A DNA stretch of 64,000 nucleotides from a virus. Lineage: Duplodnaviria; Caudoviricetes. The notes under the pieces were generated by a model, which saw only the letters and a program-made list of their open reading frames with translations, was not told the DNA's origin and ran no database searches. A program made the position numbers and the translations under genes. Shown piece after piece: positions 1 to 10,020 of the stretch (position 1 is the first letter of the stretch; every line of letters begins with the position of its first letter). The stretch lies in IMG/VR virus record IMGVR_UViG_3300035208_006730; one strand, 5' to 3'.

Positions 1-278
1 CCGATGTAAGATACTACCTCCTGAAGGTAATTGAACAAGCAAAAAGAGATATTATTAATTACTGTACTTCAAGAAATTTTGTTGAGAAAGAGGATTATGA
101 TTCAGCTGTAGGATTTCTCTTTGATGATGAATATTTTATTCAGTGGGGAGATCTAGAATTAAATCTTATTTTAATAGGACACATTCTTGATATTGATGCA
201 GGATGGCAGCGAAAAAAAATTACAAAAGAAATTAGAAAAGAGCTCCTCAAACGGGGCATTCATATTTCCAAACAATAA
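1..278 (+). CDS. Hypothetical phage protein, 5'-truncated by the window edge
   Basis: Frame open from the window start (DVRYYLLKVIEQAKRD...) to TAA at 276-278, directly upstream of recA. Confidence 0.6.
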   Translation, partial: DVRYYLLKVIEQAKRDIINYCTSRNFVEKEDYDSAVGFLFDDEYFIQWGDLELNLILIGHILDIDAGWQRKKITKEIRKELLKRGIHISKQ

Positions 279-293
279 CTACGACTGGAGACA

Positions 294-1376
294 TTGATGA
301 AAAAAGAAAAAGAAGGCATTGTTGTAACTGATCAAATAGATAAGAATAAACAAATATCTGAACTGATCAATTCTATACAGAGAGAATATGGACCTGGTTC
401 AATAAATCTTTTATCTAAAGATGCTTTGAATCAACCTTTTGCAGGGTTTTCTACTGGACTCATTTCTTTAGATAAAGTCTTAGGTGGAAGATGTCCGTAT
501 GGCAGGATAATGGAATTATTCGGAGGCGAGAGTGTTGGGAAATCGAGTCTAGCTTTACAAATCGTTGCTGCTGTCCAAAAAATCGGAGGAACAGCTGCTT
601 ACATAGATATTGAACACGCATTCGATCCAAAATATTCAGTTCAGCTTGGAGTAGATATAGAGAAACTCCTTCTTTCGCAGCCAGATAATGGTGAACAAGC
701 AATGAATATTCTAGTTCATCTTTGTTCATCAGGTCTAATTTCATTAGTTGTAATAGATTCTGTTGCTGCATTAGTTCCACGCAGTGAGATTGAAGGAGAA
801 GTTGGAGATCAATCAATGGGTGTGATGGCACGGATGATGGGCCAAACTCTACGGAAGGTAACTGCCATTGCTCACAAGACAAATACTGAGATGCTATTTA
901 TTAATCAAATTAGACAAAAAATAGGTATCCTATACGGATCAAACGAAACGACCCCTGGTGGCAATAGTCTCAAGTTCTCTGCTTCTCATCGCCTAAAGTT
1001 GTCACTAACTGGACAAATTAAAGATGGAGATAAGATTATTGGAAATACTGTTAAGATTAAAGTCGTTAAAAATAAACTTGCAGCACCTTTCCAGGAGACA
1101 GAACTTGATATGCTCGCAGGTAAAGGATTTGACGTTGAAAAAGATATTATTGATATGGGCGTTAAATATGGATTGATTGAGAAATCAGGATCCTGGTACT
1201 CTTATAAAACAGAACGTCTTGGACAAGGAATTAAGCAAGTATCTTCATTCTTCAAATCAAATCCTCTCCTCGCAGAAGAACTAAAAGTAAATATTATGAA
1301 GAAATTAAATGGAGATGCTATGCCAGTAGTTGTAGAAGTTCCAGCTCTCCCTAATCCAGATGGAGTATCGTTTTGA
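294..1376 (+). CDS. recA: RecA recombinase
   Basis: STG..SLD..LGG, Walker A GGESVGKS, YIDIEHAFDP, SQPDNGEQA, VIDSVAALVPRSEIEG, FINQIR, ETTPGG, KNKLAAPF; GGAG RBS before ATG at 297. Confidence 0.97.
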   Translation: MMKKEKEGIVVTDQIDKNKQISELINSIQREYGPGSINLLSKDALNQPFAGFSTGLISLDKVLGGRCPYGRIMELFGGESVGKSSLALQIVAAVQKIGGTAAYIDIEHAFDPKYSVQLGVDIEKLLLSQPDNGEQAMNILVHLCSSGLISLVVIDSVAALVPRSEIEGEVGDQSMGVMARMMGQTLRKVTAIAHKTNTEMLFINQIRQKIGILYGSNETTPGGNSLKFSASHRLKLSLTGQIKDGDKIIGNTVKIKVVKNKLAAPFQETELDMLAGKGFDVEKDIIDMGVKYGLIEKSGSWYSYKTERLGQGIKQVSSFFKSNPLLAEELKVNIMKKLNGDAMPVVVEVPALPNPDGVSF

Positions 1377-1594
1377 AAATTCTATCAATTCACATCCAGC
1401 TTACCAATGGAGCTGATCTTCTTTACTTTCATACAGATCTAAAAGAAGCGACATGGCCCTTTACTGCAGATTTTGTTTTAGAAAGTCGAGCAGCTCGAGA
1501 TACTGGAATAGAGTTTGTAAAAAAGAATTTTCCAAGTTATCCAATCGAAATTCTAAATACTAGGACTGAAGATGCAAAATTCTCAAGAACGTGA
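1373..1594 (+). CDS. Hypothetical protein
   Basis: Start overlaps recA stop; packed operon. Confidence 0.55.
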   Translation: MKILSIHIQLTNGADLLYFHTDLKEATWPFTADFVLESRAARDTGIEFVKKNFPSYPIEILNTRTEDAKFSRT

Positions 1595-2162
1595 ATACTG
1601 GGCAAAGACGACAAAAGAAAATTTTAAAGATCATGTTATTAAAAACACTCTCTCCTGTCCTGAAAAAGAGATCTATCATTTCCACTGTCATCGACCTAGT
1701 ACCGGAATGTATTCCTACAATGTCATCTTTACTCCTGGAACTGTGATCATTACAGGAGATATTGGAGATGCAATCTTTTCCCATTCTGACAGGCAATCTC
1801 TAAGTTGGTGTCTTTCTTCTGTTGATTCTATGGATTATGTGCTCGGAAAAATGCAAGAAAGTAAGAAGGCTTATTATCCAGATCTTGCTCGTCAAGTCTA
1901 TGAAGAATGGTACGAAGAAAGAATTGCCTACTTTAGAGAAGAGGAACCAGAAGGTTTAGATTCTTTTTTAGACGACGTTCCAACCCCAAATGATATTGAA
2001 TGGGGCTATGAACATGAAGCAACTAGAGATGTTTATGAGGCCGTTGAAGATTGTGACATCCTGACTTCTTTTTATTACTGGTCTTCTAATGCTTTGTCTT
2101 GTTATTTTGGCCTCAAAAATTTTGTTAGACTTTGGAAAGAATATGACAGGAGAAAAAAGTGA
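1572..2162 (+). CDS. Hypothetical phage protein
   Basis: 196 aa ORF in packed operon (PGTVIITGDIGD motif). Confidence 0.75.
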   Translation: MQNSQEREYWAKTTKENFKDHVIKNTLSCPEKEIYHFHCHRPSTGMYSYNVIFTPGTVIITGDIGDAIFSHSDRQSLSWCLSSVDSMDYVLGKMQESKKAYYPDLARQVYEEWYEERIAYFREEEPEGLDSFLDDVPTPNDIEWGYEHEATRDVYEAVEDCDILTSFYYWSSNALSCYFGLKNFVRLWKEYDRRKK

Positions 2163-2317
2163 TCGGTTGGGTATGGTTAGTTGTAGCCTTTATCTTTGGA
2201 TGGCTTCTTGGATTAATCTGCGCATTTGAAATCAGTTGGCGTTGGCAAAGAACTGATTTTATTTCGATTTGGCCATCTAAAATACTCGACTGGAAAAGGA
2301 TGAAGAATGAAAATTGA
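2159..2317 (+). CDS. Small membrane protein (52 aa, not in ORF track)
   Basis: GTG overlaps upstream TGA; hydrophobic MIGWVWLVVAFIFGWLLGLIC; fills the gap to thyX. Confidence 0.55.
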   Translation: MIGWVWLVVAFIFGWLLGLICAFEISWRWQRTDFISIWPSKILDWKRMKNEN

Positions 2318-3029
2318 AATACCTCCATTTGGCTTCGTTGAACTTGTTGACGTAATGGGTTCAGATCGTTCTATTGCTGAAGCTGCCTTTGAATGTACTC
2401 AGCAAGAGTTAACTGAAGAACGAATTCCCAAGGTCTTGAATAATCTTTTAAAAAGTTGGCCAATGCATACGACCCCTCTAGAAATGGCCGAATTAAAATT
2501 CAAGATTCAGATTCCAGTCTTTGTTGATCGCCAACTTGTCAGACACAGAACCAGTTCTCGAACAGAGAGAAGTGCTCGTTATTCAGAACAGGATAGAAGT
2601 TTCTTTCTCCCGGATGCTACTCGGCTAAATAATCCTGAAGCCATCAACCTGATGTGGGATTCAATGACGGCTTCATTTGACACCTACTTTAAACTCCTGG
2701 AAAAGAAAGTTCCAAAAGAACTAGCAAGAATAGTAAATCCAGTAGGCTATTATACTGTCTACTTCTGGAAACTGAATCTCTGGAATCTTTTCCATTTCCT
2801 CCATCTGCGTAAAGACAAACATGCTCAAAAGGAAATTAGAGATTACGCAGATGCTATTGGAAAATTAACTCAAGAAAAGTTTCCTTTGTCATTCGCTGCA
2901 TTTGAAGAACATCTTTCTGGTTCTCACAAGATTTCAAAAAGTGACTGGGAAGTACTTCAAAGAACAGCTCAAAATTTTCCAGAAGGCAAAACATATCAAC
3001 CTGCCTTATCTATTCTGGGAATGAAATGA
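2307..3029 (+). CDS. thyX: Flavin-dependent thymidylate synthase
   Basis: GFVELVDVMGSD, HTTPLE, ThyX motif RHRTSSRTERSARY, VPKELAR, LRKDKHAQKEIRDYA. Confidence 0.95.
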   Translation: MKIEIPPFGFVELVDVMGSDRSIAEAAFECTQQELTEERIPKVLNNLLKSWPMHTTPLEMAELKFKIQIPVFVDRQLVRHRTSSRTERSARYSEQDRSFFLPDATRLNNPEAINLMWDSMTASFDTYFKLLEKKVPKELARIVNPVGYYTVYFWKLNLWNLFHFLHLRKDKHAQKEIRDYADAIGKLTQEKFPLSFAAFEEHLSGSHKISKSDWEVLQRTAQNFPEGKTYQPALSILGMK

Positions 3030-3244
3030 GACTAACAGCAACTCAAATAAAGCAAATAGAGAACGCTTTACAAACAGCAATTGTTAGTGAAATCGGTTAT
3101 ATGGATTGCTGGAAAAATGTTCCAGGAGATGAAAGAGAAGAGATTTTTAACTCGGGTAATCGTCGAATTAACGAATGGAAAAAGCTAATTAAACTTTTTA
3201 AAGAAAAGAAAAAGGCAAAACAACTACTTGGAGAAGAAGTATGA
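3026..3244 (+). CDS. Hypothetical protein
   Basis: ATGA start/stop coupling on both sides. Confidence 0.65.
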   Translation: MRLTATQIKQIENALQTAIVSEIGYMDCWKNVPGDEREEIFNSGNRRINEWKKLIKLFKEKKKAKQLLGEEV

Positions 3245-3546
3245 ATTGGGAAACAAAAGAGAAACATTCATTTGAGAAAGAGGAAGACGAAAGATTAGAT
3301 GAAGCAGAAGGTATATTCTGGATTGGCATTGATGTTACCAAAGAAATTTCTACCACTGCAATTGTCAAAGTCTTTGGCGCGAAAACAAAAGAAGAAGCAG
3401 AAAAGAAAGCTAGGGATTATTTTCAAAGCCATAAAAGAGAGTTCGAACCAGATCCCGATATTATTAGTGATGATGATTATTGGGCAATAGAGGAAATAAG
3501 TTGTGAAAATTTTGACGGCTATGATGCTGACTTGGAGGCAAAATGA
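3241..3546 (+). CDS. Acidic hypothetical protein
   Basis: ATGA coupling, GGAG RBS. Confidence 0.65.
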   Translation: MNWETKEKHSFEKEEDERLDEAEGIFWIGIDVTKEISTTAIVKVFGAKTKEEAEKKARDYFQSHKREFEPDPDIISDDDYWAIEEISCENFDGYDADLEAK

Positions 3547-3764
3547 TTTATCCAATGACTGAGAGACAAAGAGGAGAACTTGACTTGATTAGCGGTCTTT
3601 TGTGGGGTCTAAATGATTCCGTTAGTCCTATGGCTGACGATAATGTATATCGAAAAGAACTTTCGGAAGCATCGAATCTAATAGTTGATGCTGCTACTAT
3701 TGTCCAGGAGATAAAAGAGAGGTATGATAAAGCAGCTGCTGAACAATATCGCAATGGAGAATGA
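3543..3764 (+). CDS. Hypothetical protein
   Basis: GGAGG RBS, ATGA coupling. Confidence 0.65.
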   Translation: MIYPMTERQRGELDLISGLLWGLNDSVSPMADDNVYRKELSEASNLIVDAATIVQEIKERYDKAAAEQYRNGE

Positions 3765-3928
3765 AGCGGACGATTGTGATGGATGCACAGATTACACCTA
3801 CACGGTATTGAAAAATTGGAAGGATATTGAAGTAAAGTGATCGTTAATTTTGAAGAAACCTATCACCCAGTTCTTCAAGGTGCTCCATTTACATTCAGCA
3901 CTTTTATGGAAGAACTCGAGGAGTTTTT

Positions 3929-4297
3929 GTGAAAAAATTTGCTTGTAATTTAGAGTATTCGGGGCAAGAAGTCAACACTATCTTTACGAATACACCTACA
4001 GGGACCTCTGTAACAATTGATTGGAATAATGGTAACATGCAGGAGTTAGATTTGGGATCTGCTACAGGTGATGTGACGGTTATTTGGGATCATGTCAATC
4101 CTGGGGCTAATTTGTTGCTTCGGGTAATACAAGACAGTGCAGTAGCTATTGATATTAGTACATGGCCAGCAACTGTTAAATGGACAGAGAATATACAACC
4201 TGTTATCACCAAAATTCTTGGGGGATTTGATGTGATTTCTTTTTCTGCTTGGCCATCAGTGCAATCAGCTTCTGTAGCTCAAAACCATTTGGCATAA
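3929..4297 (+). CDS. Tail-fibre/virion-decoration C-terminal-type beta domain protein
   Basis: TIDWNNGNMQELDL...LLLRVIQD...TWPATVKW...P...DVISF pattern typical of phage fibre distal domains. Confidence 0.6.
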   Translation: MKKFACNLEYSGQEVNTIFTNTPTGTSVTIDWNNGNMQELDLGSATGDVTVIWDHVNPGANLLLRVIQDSAVAIDISTWPATVKWTENIQPVITKILGGFDVISFSAWPSVQSASVAQNHLA

Positions 4298-4299
4298 AA

Positions 4300-6276
4300 A
4301 TGATAAGAGGACCATTCCAAACTGTAGGGCAACCAGTGATTACGTTTAGGGCGTTAGATTTTTCTAATGTCCTTACTGGAATAGGGAATTTATCTGATTC
4401 TTTAACTATCAATTCCATCACAGTGGCTCCGTCTTTACGATATAAAGGAGGTGATGCGGATGCCAGCTCGTGGAATTCCTCGGGTTATGGGGCTAATCTA
4501 GGGATTGCTGGTGCTGGTGCTGCTCCTTTATTTAATCAAGGGAGTCCATGTTTAGGAGCCTCCGATGACAGTGTGTTATTTGGGGGTGGTGCTTCTTCCC
4601 AATATTATATAGATGCTGGAAATACTGATGGTAACGTGGGTATTGATGATATAGTCATTGAATTTGTTTTTAAAACTCATGCAACAATTCAAAACAATTC
4701 GGTGTGTGAAAAGAGAGGAACCAGTGGTTGGGGAATAGTGCAAAATGGAGTCATGAAGTTTTATTTTTATGCTTCTGGAGCTGCAGGAACAACTGCCACT
4801 GGTGCTCTTTCTGCGGGTACTTGGTATCATGCTGTATTATGTGTAGATCGTTCTGGCTTTGCACAGTGGTATCTAAATGGCGTAGCTTCTGGCACAGCAA
4901 AAGATTATTCAGCAAAGGATGGTCTATCTTTAGATAATACCACATCTTTTTCTTTGGGTTTAGAAACATTGCTTTATTCATTATCTAATCTGACTATTGC
5001 TGAGTTTTGTCTTTGGCATTATCCTAATTGGTTAACTACAGACACTACAAACCAAGAAGCAGTAGTTCGCACTCGATTTTCACAGTATAGTGGTACATTT
5101 CCACAAAGGGCAATTGGTACATCATTACCTCTTACAGCAAGTAGAAAAACCTCAGCTTATTTGGATCATATAGTGGCAGGTAAGTCGAAGTTGGATCTTG
5201 TGGGACCCCACTGGCTGAGAATTGTCAAAAGAGAGGATAATAATTCTATTGAAATGGTAGGTTTGTTAATTGAGTCGGCTACAACCAATAAGTGTTTGCA
5301 ATCAGAAAATTTTGCCACTACTTGGACGTTATTGGATGTAGGTGATTCCATTTCCTCAGATTATATTACTGCACCTAATGGTGAAATAACAGGTGATGGC
5401 CTCATTGGGGATAGTACTGATGGGGATCATGGAGTTACGCAGGATATCACAGTTACGGCAATTAATTGGGTAATATCTGTGTTTGCTAAAAAAGGAACTC
5501 ATGATTGGCTCTATGTGTCAAATGATACTGTGGCTAATTGTACTTGTTATTTTGACCTTACCAACGGAATAGTTGGTACCATTGGTGCTGGTGTTGTAAG
5601 CGCCATAATAGATAAGGTGCAATATTTTGGTGATTGGTGGCGATGTGGTATTATCTTTACTGGGACTGCTGCAACCCATACATTCAAATTCCAAGCTGCT
5701 GATGCAGATGGAGACAAATCAGTGGTTGGGGATGGTGCTGCTGTAATGATAGGTTTGTGGGGTGCTCAAGTGGAAAGTGGAGATCATTTTAAGAGTTATG
5801 TTCCCACTACAACTGCAGCAGTTACTAAAACAGCAGAGTTATTAGTATATAAGGGTGATGATGGTAATATTATTCCAGAAAATGGGATAGTGGAGACAAA
5901 AATTCTTATGCCTGTTTGTACTATTAGTACAGGTGCAAGTCAATATATTGGGCAGCTTACAGATGGAGATGCAGCTACGGATTTGGCGCAATTGCTCATG
6001 AACTCAACATCTAATTTATATGGATTTATGAGGGCATCGGGGGGTTTAAATGGGGATACTGTAGGTACCTCAATTCTTACTGATGGTGTTATACATCAAG
6101 TGATGATGTATTATCATAAAAATAATCTCAAAGTAGGAGTTGATGGGTGTATTGATGGGACCCCAGATCTTACTTGTGATGTTCCGCTGAATCTAGATCG
6201 GATAAATATTGGTCATTACATGTCAACAAGTTCTCAACTAGAAAGAGTCATTTCTAAATTTACGGTGAAGAAATGA
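4300..6276 (+). CDS. LamG/ConA-like lectin plus spike/fibre domain protein (ORF open from 4249)
   Basis: LamG-like WYHAVLCVDRSG..QWYLNG; GLLIESATTNKCLQSE...W and LWGAQVESGD..SYVPTT motifs of phage spike-fibre domains; ATG at 4300 follows the upstream stop. Confidence 0.7.
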   Translation: MIRGPFQTVGQPVITFRALDFSNVLTGIGNLSDSLTINSITVAPSLRYKGGDADASSWNSSGYGANLGIAGAGAAPLFNQGSPCLGASDDSVLFGGGASSQYYIDAGNTDGNVGIDDIVIEFVFKTHATIQNNSVCEKRGTSGWGIVQNGVMKFYFYASGAAGTTATGALSAGTWYHAVLCVDRSGFAQWYLNGVASGTAKDYSAKDGLSLDNTTSFSLGLETLLYSLSNLTIAEFCLWHYPNWLTTDTTNQEAVVRTRFSQYSGTFPQRAIGTSLPLTASRKTSAYLDHIVAGKSKLDLVGPHWLRIVKREDNNSIEMVGLLIESATTNKCLQSENFATTWTLLDVGDSISSDYITAPNGEITGDGLIGDSTDGDHGVTQDITVTAINWVISVFAKKGTHDWLYVSNDTVANCTCYFDLTNGIVGTIGAGVVSAIIDKVQYFGDWWRCGIIFTGTAATHTFKFQAADADGDKSVVGDGAAVMIGLWGAQVESGDHFKSYVPTTTAAVTKTAELLVYKGDDGNIIPENGIVETKILMPVCTISTGASQYIGQLTDGDAATDLAQLLMNSTSNLYGFMRASGGLNGDTVGTSILTDGVIHQVMMYYHKNNLKVGVDGCIDGTPDLTCDVPLNLDRINIGHYMSTSSQLERVISKFTVKK

Positions 6277-6575
6277 AGAATGTATTTTCTAAAAAAAAAT
6301 TAGTAAATTATGTGGAGGTACAAGAAGTACTTGATCAAAAAGAAAAAGTCTTTTATCATTATTTATATAAAGATGTAGAAGCGGCTAAATTAAAAAAAGA
6401 AGATGCAGAGGTGATTGAGACAAAAAATAATGCTGATTCAGATCATCTTCGACCTAATAAAGAACCATTTCATGTTTTCCTCGGTATAGATTTAGAAGGG
6501 ATGGTGGGACTTGAGATTCAAGCGAAGCGTGCTATTCCTTCCATTTCAAATGTGATTGAGACTTTGGAAAACTGA
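6273..6575 (+). CDS. Hypothetical protein; 3' end runs over a decayed DHH gene fragment
   Basis: ATGA coupling to upstream gene. Confidence 0.55.
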   Translation: MKNVFSKKKLVNYVEVQEVLDQKEKVFYHYLYKDVEAAKLKKEDAEVIETKNNADSDHLRPNKEPFHVFLGIDLEGMVGLEIQAKRAIPSISNVIETLEN

Positions 6576-6609
6576 CCCAAGAAGTAACATTGAGCTTTGG
6601 CGGAAGCTA
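6541..6609 (+). repeat. Degenerate 69-bp direct repeat of 7692-7760 (DHH gene relic)
   Basis: Manual alignment 59/69 identical; reads PFQM*LRLWKTDPRSNIELWRKL versus PFQMGLRLWQTDPRSDLELWRRL. Confidence 0.9.
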
Positions 6610-6947
6610 AGATCAGATTGGGAGGCGCGCTGCAATACACAGTCCGAATGGAATGTTTCAATCAAGCCGACATTAATTTAATCCGTGCAGGTATCACAGA
6701 TGAAGAAGCCCAATGGGTTACTTTCACACACACATTTATAGAAGAAGAAAACATGCAAGAAATTAGGAAAAGACGAATATACACTGCTATATTTTTCCGC
6801 ATCACGAAACGCATTGTACCTCTATATGCGCAGACTATAGAGGATGCATGTAAAGAAGCAGATGATTTGCATCATAATGCAAAAATTTACGCAGGAGCAA
6901 TAGAATTTGCCCACAAAGAGAAAGGTCAATGGATAATAAATCAATGA
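6597..6947 (+). CDS. Hypothetical protein (start uncertain)
   Basis: ORF in packed operon. Confidence 0.5.
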   Translation: MAEAKIRLGGALQYTVRMECFNQADINLIRAGITDEEAQWVTFTHTFIEEENMQEIRKRRIYTAIFFRITKRIVPLYAQTIEDACKEADDLHHNAKIYAGAIEFAHKEKGQWIINQ

Positions 6948-7261
6948 CAACTATAACTGAAGTTACAAATGGAATGCTAGCTATATTATCAAATAGACAA
7001 AATATAACGCTAAATAAACATATTAACGAACTTGAAGCAATGCTAGAACAACGGAATAAAGAAATAGAAGAGCTTTGGCAGTTAACTCATAAAGTTCAAA
7101 AAGAAAATCATTACGAAGAGATGAATAGGCTCAAAGATGAAAACATGGATCATCTTCTTGGATTAGGATCCAAACTTGGTTGTGCTCCTAATTGGCAAGT
7201 AATTTTTGAAGAAGTTCAACAACTTATAGATCGTTCTTTACTTCCCTACAATTTTCGATAA
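6929..7261 (+). CDS. Hypothetical coiled-coil protein
   Basis: Heptad-like segment INELEAMLEQRNKEIEEL. Confidence 0.6.
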   Translation: MDNKSMTTITEVTNGMLAILSNRQNITLNKHINELEAMLEQRNKEIEELWQLTHKVQKENHYEEMNRLKDENMDHLLGLGSKLGCAPNWQVIFEEVQQLIDRSLLPYNFR

Positions 7262-7271
7262 AGGAGATCAA

Positions 7272-8129
7272 ATGAAGTGTTTCTATCATTCAGCAGATTT
7301 TGACGGTAAATGTTCTGCGGCTCTTGTAAAACTAGTCTTTCCTCATGTCGAACTATTCCCAATTGATTACAATGAATCTTTTCCCTGGGATAAAATTCAA
7401 AATATTGAAGAAGGAATAGTTCAAGAACAAGTTTTCATGGTTGACTTTTCTTTGAAGCGGCCAGAAATGGAACGGCTGAATAACGAAACAGATTTAACTT
7501 GGATTGATCATCACGTTTCAGCAATAGAAGAGATGAAAGATCTTGACATCAAAGGAAAAAGAGATACTACAAGAGCTGCTTGTGAATTAGTTTCATTGTA
7601 TCTCCTAGGAAAGATTTTTTCAGCTGTTCAGCTTCTTGGAAGTTACGATGTGTGGCGCGATAAAGATCCTAATTGGAAATCTGGAATTCTCCCATTTCAG
7701 ATGGGATTGAGACTCTGGCAAACTGACCCAAGAAGTGATCTTGAGCTTTGGCGAAGGTTATGTCTTGAGGATGACGTAATCTTTATTGAGGAGATTATTC
7801 TTGCTGGAAAAAACATCTTACAATACCAAAACGATCAAAATAGAATCTATGCTCGAGTCTGTGCATTCGAAGTGAAATTTGAAGGTCTTCGAGGTATTGC
7901 AATTAATCGAGCTCTTTCTTCCTCTCAAATCTTTGATTCAGTTTGGGATCCAGAAAAATATGATTTAATGATTGCTTTTTCTCGCCTAAAAGATGGAAAA
8001 TGGAAGTACAGTCTGTACACAACTAAGGATGAAGTGGACTGTAGTGTGCTTGCAAAGAAATATGGTGGTGGCGGACATGTGAAAGCCGCCGGATTTAATC
8101 TCGATTATCTTTTCGAATCAATGGAGTGA
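7272..8129 (+). CDS. DHH/DHHA1 family phosphoesterase
   Basis: YHSADFDG, MVDFS, WIDHH, C-terminal GGGGHVKAAGF; AAGGAG RBS. Confidence 0.93.
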   Translation: MKCFYHSADFDGKCSAALVKLVFPHVELFPIDYNESFPWDKIQNIEEGIVQEQVFMVDFSLKRPEMERLNNETDLTWIDHHVSAIEEMKDLDIKGKRDTTRAACELVSLYLLGKIFSAVQLLGSYDVWRDKDPNWKSGILPFQMGLRLWQTDPRSDLELWRRLCLEDDVIFIEEIILAGKNILQYQNDQNRIYARVCAFEVKFEGLRGIAINRALSSSQIFDSVWDPEKYDLMIAFSRLKDGKWKYSLYTTKDEVDCSVLAKKYGGGGHVKAAGFNLDYLFESME

Positions 8130-8132
8130 CAA

Positions 8133-8444
8133 ATGCTTGAAGGTTTAGTTCTCGATATGGTTATTATTGACCATGAAAATTATTCTATTCAGTTTAAATC
8201 AAAGGATAAACATTTTAAATTATGCTTTGCTATTCCAGATTATCTAAAAGTCTCATTCTTTAAAATGGAAATAGTGGGAAGTTTTGCGAGTATTATCGGG
8301 CAAAAACTTGATGGACTTTTTCTAGAAGAAACCTTCGCAGATGACACACACTGTTGTTGGAAATATTCTCTTTTAGCTGAAAACGGTTTCGTTGATATTT
8401 TCTTTACTCAATTTCTTCAAGCTCCTACATTTGTGGAGATGTAA
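8133..8444 (+). CDS. Hypothetical protein
   Basis: GGAG RBS, packed operon. Confidence 0.6.
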   Translation: MLEGLVLDMVIIDHENYSIQFKSKDKHFKLCFAIPDYLKVSFFKMEIVGSFASIIGQKLDGLFLEETFADDTHCCWKYSLLAENGFVDIFFTQFLQAPTFVEM

Positions 8445-9427
8445 TGGATTTTGTTCACACCCACCTGCACACTGAGGCATCACTATTGGACGGTGCCATT
8501 CGTTGTAAGGATCTAGCTAAAAGAGTTAAGGAATTAGGCCAACCAGCAGTGGCAATAACTGATCACGGTAACATGGGTGGTGTCATCCAGCTCTACAAGG
8601 CATGTAAAGCTGAAGGAATTAAATCACTTTTAGGAATTGAATCTTACATAACTTTCGATCCAAATGGAGTAGATAATAAAGAAAAACATCGAGATAGCTT
8701 TCATCTTATCCTTCTGGCAAAAAACTATCTTGGTTTTCAGGATCTAATGAGACTTTCTACTCGAGCTAATGAGGTCAATTTCTATTACCATCCTAGAATC
8801 TTCATTGATGATCTTGAAGCTGCTGCACCAAATCTTGTTTGTACTACAGCTTGTCTTGGTGGTATTCTCGCAAAGCCTCTCCTGAAATTTAATAAAGAAG
8901 AGTATGCAATAGCTAATTTTGACAAGCTTCATTCTTGGTTTGGGAAGGATTTGTACGCCGAAATTCAAAAAAATACCGAGCCAAAACAACAATTTTACAA
9001 TGAATGGCTAATACCCCAGGCGAAGAAACGAAATATTAAAGTAGTAATTTCCACAGACGCTCATTATCTAGTTCAAGAAGACTATCAATTACATCGAATG
9101 ATTCTTGCTCTCCAGTTCAAGAAAACTCTTGAAGATTATGATCGTCAACAAGAAATGCATTATGGTCCAGATTATTGGATTAAGCCTTCAGACCTAATGT
9201 GGAGAGCTGCAGATATGTGCGGTGCTCCTGAGGCTGCAGAAAATACTCTGGAGATTGCAGAAAAATGCAACGTAGAGATCGAACTTGGTAAACTAAAAAT
9301 GCCTTCTTTCGATATTCAAAAAGCAGAAGACTATGGAGAATTTCTCAAATGGAAGAATACAATCGTGGAGAAATCATTACCGAATATGTCGTCGGATGTG
9401 GCCGTTGTTCTCAATGGGATATCTTGA
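8444..9427 (+). CDS. dnaE: Stand-alone PHP domain of DNA polymerase III alpha (N-terminal part of split DnaE)
   Basis: FVHTHLHTEASLLDG, AITDHGN, GIESY, FHLILLAKN, TTACLGG, STDAHY, NTLEIAEKCNV. Confidence 0.93.
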   Translation: MDFVHTHLHTEASLLDGAIRCKDLAKRVKELGQPAVAITDHGNMGGVIQLYKACKAEGIKSLLGIESYITFDPNGVDNKEKHRDSFHLILLAKNYLGFQDLMRLSTRANEVNFYYHPRIFIDDLEAAAPNLVCTTACLGGILAKPLLKFNKEEYAIANFDKLHSWFGKDLYAEIQKNTEPKQQFYNEWLIPQAKKRNIKVVISTDAHYLVQEDYQLHRMILALQFKKTLEDYDRQQEMHYGPDYWIKPSDLMWRAADMCGAPEAAENTLEIAEKCNVEIELGKLKMPSFDIQKAEDYGEFLKWKNTIVEKSLPNMSSDVAVVLNGIS

Positions 9428-9594
9428 AAGCTAGAACTAAAAAGGCCGCAATTAAAGAAACAAAAGATCTTGGTTATCGAAAAATACTTCCAAGTCCAAA
9501 AGGAAATATTTGGCTTTGCGAAGGATGTATTAAAGAGATAATTAGACAGATGGAGGAAGAAAATGAATCAACAGATTCTACAGAAATTAGCTAA
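9349..9594 (+). CDS. Small Zn-ribbon protein
   Basis: CGRC and CEGC pairs; GGAG RBS; overlaps PHP gene end by 79 nt. Confidence 0.6.
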   Translation: MEEYNRGEIITEYVVGCGRCSQWDILKARTKKAAIKETKDLGYRKILPSPKGNIWLCEGCIKEIIRQMEEENESTDSTEIS

Positions 9595-9952
9595 ACAAAA
9601 AGAAAAACATCAAGAAAAAGAAGCTATTCTTAAAGACTGGGTATCCAATGTAGAAAAATTTAGAGAATGGATTCGAAATGAAATCAAACCTTATAAAGAA
9701 TATCTTTCAATGACTGATGATCGTTTTTGTGCGAATGGAGTATTTTCAATTAGGAATAACTATAACGAAAAAGTTTCATGTACTTATCAAGATACTTCTT
9801 TAATATTCGATGGTTATATCCTTGCTCTTAAAAGCCATGGTTGGATTTTTAAAAAGACAGATACCAATCTGAAAGAAGAAATAGAAATAGTATTTAACAC
9901 TCATGAACTCGAAGAAATTATCGAGAGAAAACTTTGCAAGGAGCCAAAATGA
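9563..9952 (+). CDS. Hypothetical protein
   Basis: GGAGG RBS; 129 aa. Confidence 0.65.
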   Translation: MNQQILQKLAKQKEKHQEKEAILKDWVSNVEKFREWIRNEIKPYKEYLSMTDDRFCANGVFSIRNNYNEKVSCTYQDTSLIFDGYILALKSHGWIFKKTDTNLKEEIEIVFNTHELEEIIERKLCKEPK

Positions 9953-10020
9953 ATCAGGAACTATTCTATGCTTAAATCACAACAAGAAAAAGTAACAAAC
10001 AAAGATAACAAAAAAAGCTA

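Noticed and set aside
6541-7760. Repeat pair as DGR template and variable repeats
   Set aside because: Only 5 of 10 mismatches are at A in the upstream copy, no reverse transcriptase is present, and the match is mid-gene in an enzyme.
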